A stretch of DNA of 64,000 nt from Rhynchopus sp. YZ270_cl-10 (taxonomy: Eukaryota). Numbering within the stretch: position 1 is the first letter of the stretch; each line of letters begins with the position of its first letter. Under the pieces are notes generated by a model. The model saw only the letters and a program-made list of their open reading frames with translations, searched no databases and was not told where the DNA came from. Position numbers and translations under genes: made by a program. Where the stretch lies: positions 1,054,001 to 1,118,000 of the forward strand of contig OZ037839.1 in the NCBI GenBank assembly GCA_964035575.1, written 5' to 3'. This document shows positions 1-12,600 of the stretch, in pieces.

Positions 1-374
1 GTTGTCTGGGGATGCTGTTCTGTTCTTTGCCAAGTCTTATCATGCACAGCGATGTGATCAGATATGGCGGAAAAAGGGGGGTGTTTCTATTATGATCACC
101 CGTGGTGGTGTGGAACCACTGGGGCAGAATATTACTACGTAAAACATCTTCCACACCAAAGTGTGGATTCGTGTTATCCTCGTTCGAGAAAAGGTAATTA
201 AGATTCTTCCCAAGTGTTCACAGGTGTATCCAAAAATGCAGTTCAATAGGTTCACCCAAGTGTCGTTCACACAAAATCACCACACCCCCCAAATCCTCCT
301 GCTTGCGTTGCCCCCGCTTGTCCTGCCCCAAACCCCCCAAACCCCTCTGTTCATCCAGCTTGTCCTGCTCCTGT

Positions 375-1530
375 TTATGCTGCCCCCAACTCTCCAAATC
401 CTCTTTTTGTTCCTCTTTTTTGTCCTCTTGTGCTTGCATCAATCCCTTCTCTCTCTTGTCCTGCTTTCAATGCAATACATTGTCTTGCACTTCCAGACAC
501 GTCTGTTCGTACTGCCTCAAAAGCTTCTATCCGCACATCTTCGAACTGTTCCGTAATAAACCTTGCGTAAATCTCACGCATACGTTCACGTAAGGTCCGC
601 TTGTCGTAGAGGGGTGGGTCTCCATTCGGGAGAGACAACATCTCGTTAATGTCAATGTTGCCTGGCAAGACGACTGTTGTGAATGCGTTGCAGTTGTGCA
701 GGAAGTCGTCCTCGATCTCTGTGTCCCTGCCAAAACCTGACATGTCCAGCGTGGTCAAGGATGTGCAATCTTGCAGGAAACGTTTATCAATCCGACTAAC
801 ATTGCTCATTCCTGAGAAGTCTGCTGTTGTCAACGCGGAGCACTCTTGCAGCCAGCCGCGCTTAATGTGCATGATGCTGCGCAACACTGATAAATCAACT
901 GTTTGCAATGATGTGCAGTCAGAAAGAAACTCTGGCCCAATGGCTGCGACCCTGCCAAAAGCTGAAAGGTCGATACTACCCAGCGAGGTGCAGCTCCTCA
1001 GAAAGCCGCTACCTACCTTCGCAACTCTGTGCAGTGCTGGCAAGTCAATGGTTGCCAACGAGGTGCAGTTCTGGAGGAAGCCTCTCTCAATGTGTGTGAT
1101 TCTGCGCCATCCTGAGATGTCAATCCTTTCCAACGACTTGCAGTCGCAAACAAAAGCTGCACCAACCTTCGTCACACTCGTCATATGGGATAAGTCAAGC
1201 TCTGTGACGCCACTTCCTGCGAGGAACCTGTTCCCTATCACCGTCACAGTGAACCCTGACACGTCAAGGCTTGTCAACGATGTGCAGTAAGAGAGACAGC
1301 CATACCCGATGTGCGTAACGTTGCACAATCCCGACAAGTCAACAGTTTCCACCGACGTACACTCGGAGAGGAAGCCGTCCTTAATTCGTGTCACACCAGA
1401 CACAGCAGAGAGATCAAGTCTCGTAAACGATGCTCCCCACAGGAAGTAGTCCGGAATAACAGTCGCAACCTCCGCCTGAAGAAGCAGAGAAGCCACCTCA
1501 GGATCCTTCACAGTCGCCAACCTCGCTTCG
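375..1530 (-). pseudogene. Ubiquitin-like/LRR gene copy 1, 3' (LRR) half, separated from its 5' half (19892-20169) by retroelements A and B
   Basis: 24-aa BspA-like repeats (IxxxFLxxCTSLxxxDLS), collinear with intact paralogs 21233-22726 and 40546-42111; homology stops at 1530 after EARL. Confidence 0.9.
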
Positions 1531-1981
1531 ATAAACGTTTTTAAAAATAGGATGGAGCACCCCGGTCCGAAAAGGAATGCAGCCACCCCTGGCTTCAGGC
1601 TCGCGAACCCAGCGTTGATGTAACACAGGGTTTCACGGGCCAAAAACCAGAAAGAAAAATGAAAAATTGAGGGTTCAACGACTGCGCCAACTGGTCTCAT
1701 GCGACGTTGAACCAACTTAAAATCTAGAATCTTGTGTCAACTTGTAAAGAAAAGCAATGAATATTAAAAGTTACCGGTTTCAGGCGTGGTGTACACGTCT
1801 GCTGCCATCTACGCTGGGATAGCAGTCCGGCTTGAACTTGGGGTCCAACAACAGTGCCAAGTGGACTTATGCGTCGCTGTGTCAACTGAAAAACAATGAA
1901 AAACAAGAATGTCGTTGAGGAAGATTGAAATGCATGAAAAAAACAAATGCATGAAAAAAACAAGAAGAACAAGGTAAATCT

Positions 1982-2578
1982 CTACAGAGGGTGCTGTCCT
2001 AGCTTGTCCTCTTTCGTTGTCTCGCCCACACTAAGCTTCTCAACGGCCGTGCAGGCGAGCTTTGTGGCGTTCACGTTGTTACTGCTGTCGATGTGCACCA
2101 ACGTGATGCTTCGGGTCGCTCTCAGCTTGTCAAGCTCACCCCGCGCCTCTTTCTGGAGGTGGGCGACTGCCGCGTATGGTCTGCAGTGCTCGTTCACCTG
2201 GTCAACCACGGTTCTACTGGATCCGTAGATGTTCAGTGGTGGGGTGTCTGTGTCGCTCTTCAGGTATTCGAGGCACATCAGCAGTCCTTCATACTCCGCG
2301 ACGTTCAGGGGTGTGTCCGCCAGGCGACTACTGGCTGTCCACCGCACCTCGCCGTCTATCTCGAGGCGTGCTCCAGCGCCCGATCCCTGGCAAGTGTTTT
2401 TCTTCACCCTCGCCCCCGGCTGCCTCACGTTGCAGTATCCGCCGAAGAAGATGCGAGTGTGTCCGGTGGGTTTCTTAGGCTTGCGTCGATCCTGCTTCTG
2501 CTGCTTCTGCTCAGCAGCCAAACGGATGTGCTTCGCAATTCTGTTCGCTCTCTCCTGTTTGCAGTCCTCTTCTAGGCA
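1982..2578 (-). CDS. C-terminal RNase H-fold domain of the retroelement ORF, predicted catalytically inactive
   Basis: RNase HI-like pattern IFFGG..PG..GAGA..NVAEYEGL..LNIYGSS..VVDQV..HI...N..ATKLA; in frame with the RT ORF once MITE 2581-3408 and one TA are removed. Confidence 0.8.
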   Translation of the reverse strand, partial: CLEEDCKQERANRIAKHIRLAAEQKQQKQDRRKPKKPTGHTRIFFGGYCNVRQPGARVKKNTCQGSGAGARLEIDGEVRWTASSRLADTPLNVAEYEGLLMCLEYLKSDTDTPPLNIYGSSRTVVDQVNEHCRPYAAVAHLQKEARGELDKLRATRSITLVHIDSSNNVNATKLACTAVEKLSVGETTKEDKLGQHPL

Positions 2579-2580
2579 TA

Positions 2581-3408
2581 CTGTGCAGGCGAGCCGTTTT
2601 TAGGCGAGTTTTTCGTTTTCCTGATTTTCAGGAAAAACTCGCCAAAAACTCGCCCTACTCGCCCATTACTCGCCTATTACTCGCCAAAACTCGCCAAAAA
2701 CTCGCCAAAACTCGCCTAAACTCGCCTAAACTCGCCTAAACTCGCCAAAAACTCGCCTAAACTCGCCCCAATTTGGGTGCAAATCCTGGTGCACATACGC
2801 ACCTTGGGGGTGAAAATGTGCACCAGGATGTGAAAATGGAGGGCGGGGGTGACTGATGACAACATGCCACTCGAAAACACACAAAAAAATTGAAATTGTG
2901 TCACTTGTACGTCTAAAGGCAACCATGTCACGGCAGTGGCTGACAGGCATGTATGTAAACATTTGCTCCAGGGGAAGATCCAGGCGTGCCATAGATCCCG
3001 GGGGACAAGACGTGCTACAATCCGGAGGATGACGAAGACATGAGCCGGGGCTACACTCGCTATACAACAATGTCCTCGCCATGCCGGTAAATGGCAACCC
3101 TGCAGGCCACCCCCACGACTACATCGCACCCATCTGTGCAAGCTTCATGGATCCGCAGAAGCTACAGCTGGACTGGTGGTACTGGTTGTGGAAGCCTACA
3201 AAGCAAACTGTAGAGGTCTTGTTCAAGTGGAACGAAAAAAATTTTCTCTTCAAAACTCAAATTTCCCTCATATTTTCGTGTGTACACTTTTCCCAAGGTA
3301 AAATCCCTACCAAAAAAAAAAAACTCGCCAAAACTCGCCCCCCAAAAATAGGCGAGTTTTAGGCGAGTTTTTGGCGAGTAGGCGAGTTTTTTTTACTCGC
3401 CCGCACAG
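2581..3408. mobile_element. MITE with TA target duplication (Tc1/mariner-like signature) inserted in the RT ORF
   Basis: TIRs CTGTGCAGGCGAG / CTCGCCCGCACAG; TA at 2579-2580 and 3409-3410; subterminal AAACTCGCC repeats. Confidence 0.88.
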
Positions 3409-6400
3409 TATGTCTAGGGGTGGGAGCTCTGTGTTCGTCCAGGATTTGTTTCCGTTGCAGAGGGTTGGCAGGGACCGGATCGTCTTGAGCACCTCAGCTG
3501 GTTCGGTGAGGATGGGTCGTCTCGTGATCGCTAGGGTTCCCCACTTGATGCCTAGGTCTAATGGGGCGAACACTTTGCTCTTGGGGTAGATGGTGCCCGA
3601 GAAGAGGTACGCGTTTGCTGCCACTATCTTTGCCTTAGCCATCCAGTTGCTGAACCAGGTGATTTTGTCGGTGATCATGGAGCTCTCTCGGGAATTGGGT
3701 TCCTCTGTGGTGAGCTTTGCTCCTGTGTGCGCTTCGAAGTCCAGCGCCAGCTCCAGGTGCGAGACGTGCTGTGATTTCCCATTGGACACCGTCGGCCACT
3801 TTAGGCTTTCCAGCCACTCCTTGAGTGCGAGGTATCCTTCCGCTTTGTACGGCCACGCGTCTGGCACCTCGTCAGGAAGTACTCCTATGTAGGTCTCGTA
3901 TGGGCCTTCTGGTTCCCATGTCCAGGGAAAATTGTCCATTTGGCTCGTCTTCGTTGTAGTGGTACCGCGTTTTCTCTTGTCCTCCCTCTCTAGGGCGATG
4001 TCTGAGTACATGAGAAGCAGCAGCTCTAGGGCTTCTCTGTTCGGCACTTCCGGAATCATCTGGAAGCCGGCGGGGAGAATGGCGTTGAGGCGCAGGCATT
4101 TCGGCCAGCTTTCTCTTACTGCTGGATCGGACACTCCTGCGTATTTGTGCTGTTCGCGTATGTGTGCGGTGTGGCTGCATTGTTCCCACATGTGTTCAAA
4201 GTCCTCCACACCTGTGCCGCAGTGCTCGCACGTGTCACTGGTGCTCATCTTCATTCTTTTGCGCCTGTCCTGTGTGAGCTCCGCTCCTGCAAGAATGTTC
4301 CTCATGTACCCTGCACGCAGTGGATCTGTGTTCTTGTAGCTGTTCCACACGGCGTTGATCGTGCGATAATCGATGCCATCTTTAACCCCTTGCATGTCCT
4401 CCCTCCTTGTCTCGAGTCTACGGCAAAAATCGTCCCTGATACCGTCTCGGAGTTGGTGTCGAAGAAGGTCACCCTCGGGTTCGTCGAGGTTCATCTGTGT
4501 TGTGTGCGGGGGCAGTAGGGTGTTGTTCTCCCAGCGCCAGTTCATGGATTGGGTGGTGCGGAGGAGGATGTCTACCGGTCCACAGTATTTTACTCTCGAC
4601 GTCCGCTTCAGGATACGGATCTCGTCTATTAGGGTTCTAATCTCCTGGTTCTTCCCCATGGTGTAGAGCGCGAGCAGGCGTTGGTACTTGAGGTAGGATG
4701 TTGGGTCTGTCCGGTGTAGCGGGTTCAGCACTCCCCTCACTATTTCACTGCATCTGCTAGGTAGGCCCCTCCAAATTGCCGCCGTCACTGCTTTGGTGAG
4801 CCTTCCAGCGGTGGTGGACAGCGGCTCGTACGTCTCGCAGCCGTAGAGTGCCATGGGCATTATTTTTGTCGCCACCAGTTCGGCTCTGCCTTCAAAGGGG
4901 ACGTTGAGGTGAGGGATACGTCGCGCACATGTCTCAGCTTTGCGCACTCGCTTGTCCAGCTTTGTCGCTGCTTCCTTTTTCTTGGCTACGGCCAGTCTGA
5001 TCACTGCGCCGAGATTGTCCAGTTCCTTCTTCTCCTGTCTCAGCTGGGTGTCTCCGAGCATGAGCTCCAGCTTTTCGGTCTTGGCTGTCGAGAAGGAGAA
5101 ACTACTTCCGTACGTGAGGTCAGTCTTGGTGGCGAAGTCGTGGGACACTGTGAGGCCTTTCCTCAATTGTACGGTGTTGTTCGAGGTCATGGTGGTGTCG
5201 TCCGCGTACAGGCTTGTCCGACATCTGGTTTCCGTCCGAACCGCCGCCTCCCACACTGCTAGGAGGGCGTTCAGCAGGATAATGCTCAGCGCACATCCCT
5301 GCAGAATGCCATTGTTCGCTTTGAACTCCTCACCGACCGTACCGTATAGTTTGAACCGCCTCTTCAGGTCCCTGTACATGCTCTTGAGGGGCCGCGTGAT
5401 CTTCATGTCGATCCCCATTTTCTCCACAAGACTGAAGGTTATGTCCCACGGTATGGTGTCGAAGCATTTCTTAATGTCCAGAAATACTCCTCGCAGCGTG
5501 TTCCCCGACACCATTGCTTTTTCGACCAGGAGTGCGGTGAGGTAGAAAGCGTCACGTGTTCCGTGCCCAGTCCTGAAGCCGTGCATGGATTCCGGTGCCC
5601 ATGTCTCTTGCCACACCATCAGGCTCGTCAACCTTGTCTTTGCCCATAGCCGATATACCGCCGACATCACGGAAATTGGTCGGTGGTCGAGTGGTTGTGG
5701 GTTCTCCACCTTGGCGATCATGCTCACGGTCGCGTGGAGGAGAGCTTCTGGCCATACGCCCGTCTCTTCTACTTGGTTGAGGATTGATGCCAGCCTGTCG
5801 AAGATCCCCGTTGGGAGAAGCGCAAGTTCTTCTGGGTGCCATCCGTCTGTGCTGGGGGCCTTGCCCTTCGGCATGCTCTCGGCCACGGCTTTCAGCATCC
5901 TTCCGGTGAGGGGTTCTACGTGCATCGGCCGTTGAGGTATGTGTGTGCCAAACCTTTCCTCGAACGCTTCCCACGTGGGTGTGTCACTCAGGGTGTTGTG
6001 CTTTTGGAGTATGGGAAGCCATGCCTCACGCAACCACGTGTCCATGTCCTCCACATTCGCGGTCTCTTCCGTCCCGCGCTTCATCGTGTTGCACCGCACT
6101 TTGGCTCCGTTGAGGCGCTTGTAGATGAGCCCTGGTGTGGTGTGCCATTGCGTGCGTATCATGCGGTATCTTTGCGTGGCCCTGTCCCTCTCCAGGTTCT
6201 TTCTGGCAGTTTCGAGTCTCTGGTGCAGGCGCTGTATCAGCTCCAGTGTCGTGCTGGCCTGCGGCTCCTCCTCTGGGGTAGCGTCGAGAATGCTCACCAG
6301 CCCTGCCTTCGCTTTGTCCCACGCCTTGCGTGCGCTGGGTGTGAGGGCTCCTTTGGTGCGTAGAGTGTTGCCGACCTCAGTTAGTCTGCGGATCGTCTTC

Positions 6401-6702
6401 CGGATGCGCGTCATCTTGAGGGTCTCTCCTGCGTCGCCTTCGCGAGACTGTCTGCTGCACAGCCAGGTGCGTCGAAGTTTGGGTGGTCGGCCTTTGCGGA
6501 AACATGCTGCTGAGTTGTCGTCTCCCTGCCGTGCCCAGAAGTTGGTCGCATCCTCATTCCATGCTTTCCACTTGTCCTCTACCAATGTGCTTGCGTGCCA
6601 TTGTGCTTTGGAACCATCGCAGATCTCTTCAGCCTCCTTTTCCAGGTCTGCCTTCGTTTTCTTCCTGCTCAGGTCATCCTGTTGTAGCATAGGGGGCCTT
6701 TC
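3409..6702 (-). CDS. Non-LTR reverse transcriptase with CCHC zinc finger (5'-truncated ORF)
   Basis: Motifs KAPSTDG, HRPISV, FLDIKKCFDTI, GILQGCALS, LYADD; CEHCGTGVEDFEHMWEQC; no endonuclease domain seen in the retained part. Confidence 0.95.
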
Positions 6703-7302
6703 CAGTCGCCAACCTCGCTTCGGTAAACGTTTTTTAAAAATAGGATGGAGCACCCCGGTCCGAAAAGGAATGCAGCCACCCCTGGCTTCAGGCTCGCGAA
6801 CCCAGTATTGCAGTAACACTGGGTCTCACGGGCCAAAAACCGAACAAAGAAAAGGAAAATGTTTGGGTTCAGCGACAGCGCCAATGGGCTGACGCGAGGC
6901 TGAACCAACTTAAAATAAAATAACACTCAATCCCAAATTTTTGTCCAAACTGGGTATTTTTTAAAATAAAGAACAACTATTCAAAACCGTAAAATTCTTG
7001 CTTTAATTGATTTTTCTGGTAAAACCTATGAACACGCAAAAAAAATCGACCAGATTCGTTGAGTGACTAAAACCCAATCACCCATAGAGAGAGAGACCCA
7101 AAACGGTGATTTTCCCTGTAATTCCTTAAGGAATTGCCTTTGCCATTTGAAAAAATATTATGACCGCAAAAATGGCAACATGTAATCTGTGATGCTCAAA
7201 AGTGCAAAATTCTTGCTCCAATGGATTCTCCGGGTATATATTGTACCTGGAGAATATGCTCATATCACTCTTCAGACCATCTGGGGTATGGTCACACACA
7301 GG

Positions 7303-8078
7303 TAGTATACACAGTATACACAGTATACACAGTATACACAGTATACACAGTATACACAGTATACACAGTATACACAGTATACACAGTATACACAGTATAC
7401 ACAGTATACACAGTATACACAGTATACACAGTATACACAGTATACACAGTATACACAGTATACACAGTATACACAGTATACACAGTATACACAGTATACA
7501 CAGTATACACAGTATACACAGTATACACAGTATACACAGTATACACAGTATACACAGTATACACAGTATACACAGTATACACAGTATACACAGTATACAC
7601 AGTATACACAGTATACACAGTATACACAGTATACACAGTATACACAGTATACACAGTATACACAGTATACACAGTATACACAGTATACACAGTATACACA
7701 GTATACACAGTATACACAGTATACACAGTATACACAGTATACACAGTATACACAGTATACACAGTATACACAGTATACACAGTATACACAGTATACACAG
7801 TATACACAGTATACACAGTATACACAGTATACACAGTATACACAGTATACACAGTATACACAGTATACACAGTATACACAGTATACACAGTATACACAGT
7901 ATACACAGTATACACAGTATACACAGTATACACAGTATACACAGTATACACAGTATACACAGTATACACAGTATACACAGTATACACAGTATACACAGTA
8001 TACACAGTATACACAGTATACACAGTATACACAGTATACACAGTATACACAGTATACACAGTATACACAGTATACACA
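7303..8078. repeat. (AGTATACAC)n 9-bp tandem repeat
   Basis: Pure tandem array read directly. Confidence 0.98.
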
Positions 8079-8101
8079 GGGGATTGGGAGTACAGTATAC
8101 T

Positions 8102-8887
8102 GTACAGTACAGTACAGTACAGTACAGTACAGTACAGTACAGTACAGTACAGTACAGTACAGTACAGTACAGTACAGTACAGTACAGTACAGTACAGTAC
8201 AGTACAGTACAGTACAGTACAGTACAGTACAGTACAGTACAGTACAGTACAGTACAGTACAGTACAGTACAGTACAGTACAGTACAGTACAGTACAGTAC
8301 AGTACAGTACAGTACAGTACAGTACAGTACAGTACAGTACAGTACAGTACAGTACAGTACAGTACAGTACAGTACAGTACAGTACAGTACAGTACAGTAC
8401 AGTACAGTACAGTACAGTACAGTACAGTACAGTACAGTACAGTACAGTACAGTACAGTACAGTACAGTACAGTACAGTACAGTACAGTACAGTACAGTAC
8501 AGTACAGTACAGTACAGTACAGTACAGTACAGTACAGTACAGTACAGTACAGTACAGTACAGTACAGTACAGTACAGTACAGTACAGTACAGTACAGTAC
8601 AGTACAGTACAGTACAGTACAGTACAGTACAGTACAGTACAGTACAGTACAGTACAGTACAGTACAGTACAGTACAGTACAGTACAGTACAGTACAGTAC
8701 AGTACAGTACAGTACAGTACAGTACAGTACAGTACAGTACAGTACAGTACAGTACAGTACAGTACAGTACAGTACAGTACAGTACAGTACAGTACAGTAC
8801 AGTACAGTACAGTACAGTACAGTACAGTACAGTACAGTACAGTACAGTACAGTACAGTACAGTACAGTACAGTACAGTACAGTACAG
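8102..8887. repeat. (AGTAC)n microsatellite
   Basis: Pure tandem array read directly. Confidence 0.98.
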
Positions 8888-9692
8888 TGCGATTCACATA
8901 TCAGACAAGATCTCGTTAGGCGTATACTTCTGGGCCTCGTTCACTTCATAAACCACAGATGCAATTTTTTGAGCCTACGACCCCACATTTAACTCATTTC
9001 GATCCGCTGATTTCAATCCCAAAAAATATTTCAAAAAAATATTTCTGGTGTGGCACCTTAACCGATTCTCCGTGGTTCTACCCGTTGTCCCTCCGTAAAG
9101 GGGGGGTATGGATGTTGGAAAACAGGCCTTCATATGCACCTTCGGTACAACGTCGCAGGCAGGCCAAACAGCGTTTTGAATTTGTTGTTTGTGAGCTACC
9201 CGCATGTGGAAGGCCCACTTCTCAGAATTCACGACATTTTTTCTCGACCCGATTGGTGGAGTACATATTTGTTATCACCCCCTGGTTACCCTACTGACAC
9301 ATTTTCAAAAGAATCGGCGTTAAAGAAAATCAGAATGCTCGATGTTCACGCGTGGGATAGTTTTTCACGAGTATAAAGTACGGTGTGAACAGCTCATGTA
9401 TTGGTGCACTCTCTCTGATCTCTTTGACCGGACATATGTGCAACACATGCACTCCTCCTCGCGTGTGCAGTTGATGAAGCTGTTGCAAGCGTCTTATCCA
9501 TTGCAGTCTCAAGAGAAATACGTCTGACAGCAGACGAGTTCGGGGCCGGACATCCACTCAAATGCAGGACATGTCTCTAATGTCCTAATCCTGTGCACCA
9601 AGCACCACCCCAGGCGCTTCGCGGCAAAGGGCAGGCTTAGCCCAGCCCTTAGCCGCGAAGCGACTGGGGGGTCTGGGGGGCGGAGCCCCCCA

Positions 9693-12600
9693 GCGAAATT
9701 TTTTGACTTAACACTGCTTGTGCTTAGAAAACCCGAATTTTTTACCCTTCAAAATTGCATTTGAGGAACTCACAACGCGTCAAAACGAAAAGGTCGTTTT
9801 TGGCACTTTTAAAACCGGGCTCCGCTGAGTTCACCATATTTTTGCTCGATTTATTTAGTGGAGTAACTAATTAGTAATCGTATTCTCGGACAAAAATTCG
9901 GGACGAGGTGTTAGATAATTCCCCTGTATTTTACTAAGGGAAAATCCCTAGTAAAATACAGGCAAAAATCCAGGTAAAAATCACTTTGTCTCGATTTTTT
10001 AGTAAAAATACAGGGTGCAACGAAACCAGAAAAAAACTTCGCCATTGGACGTTTCTGGGTTCCGAGCTTTTAACGCAAAAAAAATCTATTTTTTTTTCGC
10101 GAAATTTTTTGACTTAACACTGCTTGTGCTTAGAAAACCCGAATTTTTTACCCTTCAAAATTGCATTTGAGGAACTCACAACGCGTCAAAACGAAAAGGT
10201 CGTTTTTGGCACTTTTAAAACCGGGCTCCGCTGAGTTCACCATATTTTTGCTCGATTTATTTAGTGGAGTAACTAATTAGTAATCGTATTCTCGGACAAA
10301 AATTCGGGACGAGGTGTTAGATAATTCCCCTGTATTTTACTAAGGGAAAATCCCTAGTAAAATACAGGCAAAAATCCAGGTAAAAATCACTTTGTCTCGA
10401 TTTTTTAGTAAAAATACAGGGTGCAACGAAACCAGAAAAAAACTTCGCCATTGGACGTTTCTGGGTTCCGAGCTTTTAACGCAAAAAAAATCTATTTTTT
10501 TTTCGCGAAATTTTTTGACTTAACACTGCTTGTGCTTAGAAAACCCGAATTTTTTACCCTTCAAAATTGCATTTGAGGAACTCACAACGCGTCAAAACGA
10601 AAAGGTCGTTTTTGGCACTTTTAAAACCGGGCTCCGCTGAGTTCACCATATTTTTGCTCGATTTATTTAGTGGAGTAACTAATTAGTAATCGTATTCTCG
10701 GACAAAAATTCGGGACGAGGTGTTAGATAATTCCCCTGTATTTTACTAAGGGAAAATCCCTAGTAAAATACAGGCAAAAATCCAGGTAAAAATCACTTTG
10801 TCTCGATTTTTTAGTAAAAATACAGGGTGCAACGAAACCAGAAAAAAACTTCGCCATTGGACGTTTCTGGGTTCCGAGCTTTTAACGCAAAAAAAATCTA
10901 TTTTTTTTTCGCGAAATTTTTTGACTTAACACTGCTTGTGCTTAGAAAACCCGAATTTTTTACCCTTCAAAATTGCATTTGAGGAACTCACAACGCGTCA
11001 AAACGAAAAGGTCGTTTTTGGCACTTTTAAAACCGGGCTCCGCTGAGTTCACCATATTTTTGCTCGATTTATTTAGTGGAGTAACTAATTAGTAATCGTA
11101 TTCTCGGACAAAAATTCGGGACGAGGTGTTAGATAATTCCCCTGTATTTTACTAAGGGAAAATCCCTAGTAAAATACAGGCAAAAATCCAGGTAAAAATC
11201 ACTTTGTCTCGATTTTTTAGTAAAAATACAGGGTGCAACGAAACCAGAAAAAAACTTCGCCATTGGACGTTTCTGGGTTCCGAGCTTTTAACGCAAAAAA
11301 AATCTATTTTTTTTTCGCGAAATTTTTTGACTTAACACTGCTTGTGCTTAGAAAACCCGAATTTTTTACCCTTCAAAATTGCATTTGAGGAACTCACAAC
11401 GCGTCAAAACGAAAAGGTCGTTTTTGGCACTTTTAAAACCGGGCTCCGCTGAGTTCACCATATTTTTGCTCGATTTATTTAGTGGAGTAACTAATTAGTA
11501 ATCGTATTCTCGGACAAAAATTCGGGACGAGGTGTTAGATAATTCCCCTGTATTTTACTAAGGGAAAATCCCTAGTAAAATACAGGCAAAAATCCAGGTA
11601 AAAATCACTTTGTCTCGATTTTTTAGTAAAAATACAGGGTGCAACGAAACCAGAAAAAAACTTCGCCATTGGACGTTTCTGGGTTCCGAGCTTTTAACGC
11701 AAAAAAAATCTATTTTTTTTTCGCGAAATTTTTTGACTTAACACTGCTTGTGCTTAGAAAACCCGAATTTTTTACCCTTCAAAATTGCATTTGAGGAACT
11801 CACAACGCGTCAAAACGAAAAGGTCGTTTTTGGCACTTTTAAAACCGGGCTCCGCTGAGTTCACCATATTTTTGCTCGATTTATTTAGTGGAGTAACTAA
11901 TTAGTAATCGTATTCTCGGACAAAAATTCGGGACGAGGTGTTAGATAATTCCCCTGTATTTTACTAAGGGAAAATCCCTAGTAAAATACAGGCAAAAATC
12001 CAGGTAAAAATCACTTTGTCTCGATTTTTTAGTAAAAATACAGGGTGCAACGAAACCAGAAAAAAACTTCGCCATTGGACGTTTCTGGGTTCCGAGCTTT
12101 TAACGCAAAAAAAATCTATTTTTTTTTCGCGAAATTTTTTGACTTAACACTGCTTGTGCTTAGAAAACCCGAATTTTTTACCCTTCAAAATTGCATTTGA
12201 GGAACTCACAACGCGTCAAAACGAAAAGGTCGTTTTTGGCACTTTTAAAACCGGGCTCCGCTGAGTTCACCATATTTTTGCTCGATTTATTTAGTGGAGT
12301 AACTAATTAGTAATCGTATTCTCGGACAAAAATTCGGGACGAGGTGTTAGATAATTCCCCTGTATTTTACTAAGGGAAAATCCCTAGTAAAATACAGGCA
12401 AAAATCCAGGTAAAAATCACTTTGTCTCGATTTTTTAGTAAAAATACAGGGTGCAACGAAACCAGAAAAAAACTTCGCCATTGGACGTTTCTGGGTTCCG
12501 AGCTTTTAACGCAAAAAAAATCTATTTTTTTTTCGCGAAATTTTTTGACTTAACACTGCTTGTGCTTAGAAAACCCGAATTTTTTACCCTTCAAAATTGC

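Larger units (their letters stand above)
1531..6702 (-). mobile_element. Site-specific non-LTR retrotransposon, copy A (5'-truncated coding copy)
   Basis: 20-bp TSD CAGTCGCCAACCTCGCTTCG at 1511-1530 and 6703-6722; RT ORF inside; 3' UTR 1531-1981 related to copies B, C and D. Confidence 0.92.

Noticed and set aside
3409..4200. Restriction-like endonuclease after the CCHC finger
   Set aside because: No convincing PD-(D/E)xK motif seen; the endonuclease type stays unknown because the copy is 5'-truncated.
3409..6702. RT plus variable LRRs as a diversity-generating retroelement
   Set aside because: The RT is non-LTR type; no template/variable repeat pair or adenine-specific pattern was evident by eye.
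6703..6819. N-terminal about 39 aa of the 1170-aa RT ORF
   Set aside because: Chance read-through from the 3' end of element B and the TSD; the ORF's last residues (3307-3408) likewise come from the MITE.
7202..8992. Long ORFs over microsatellites (also 31675-32216, 52963-54087, 55319-57395, 63614-64000)
   Set aside because: Artefacts of stop-free simple repeats.
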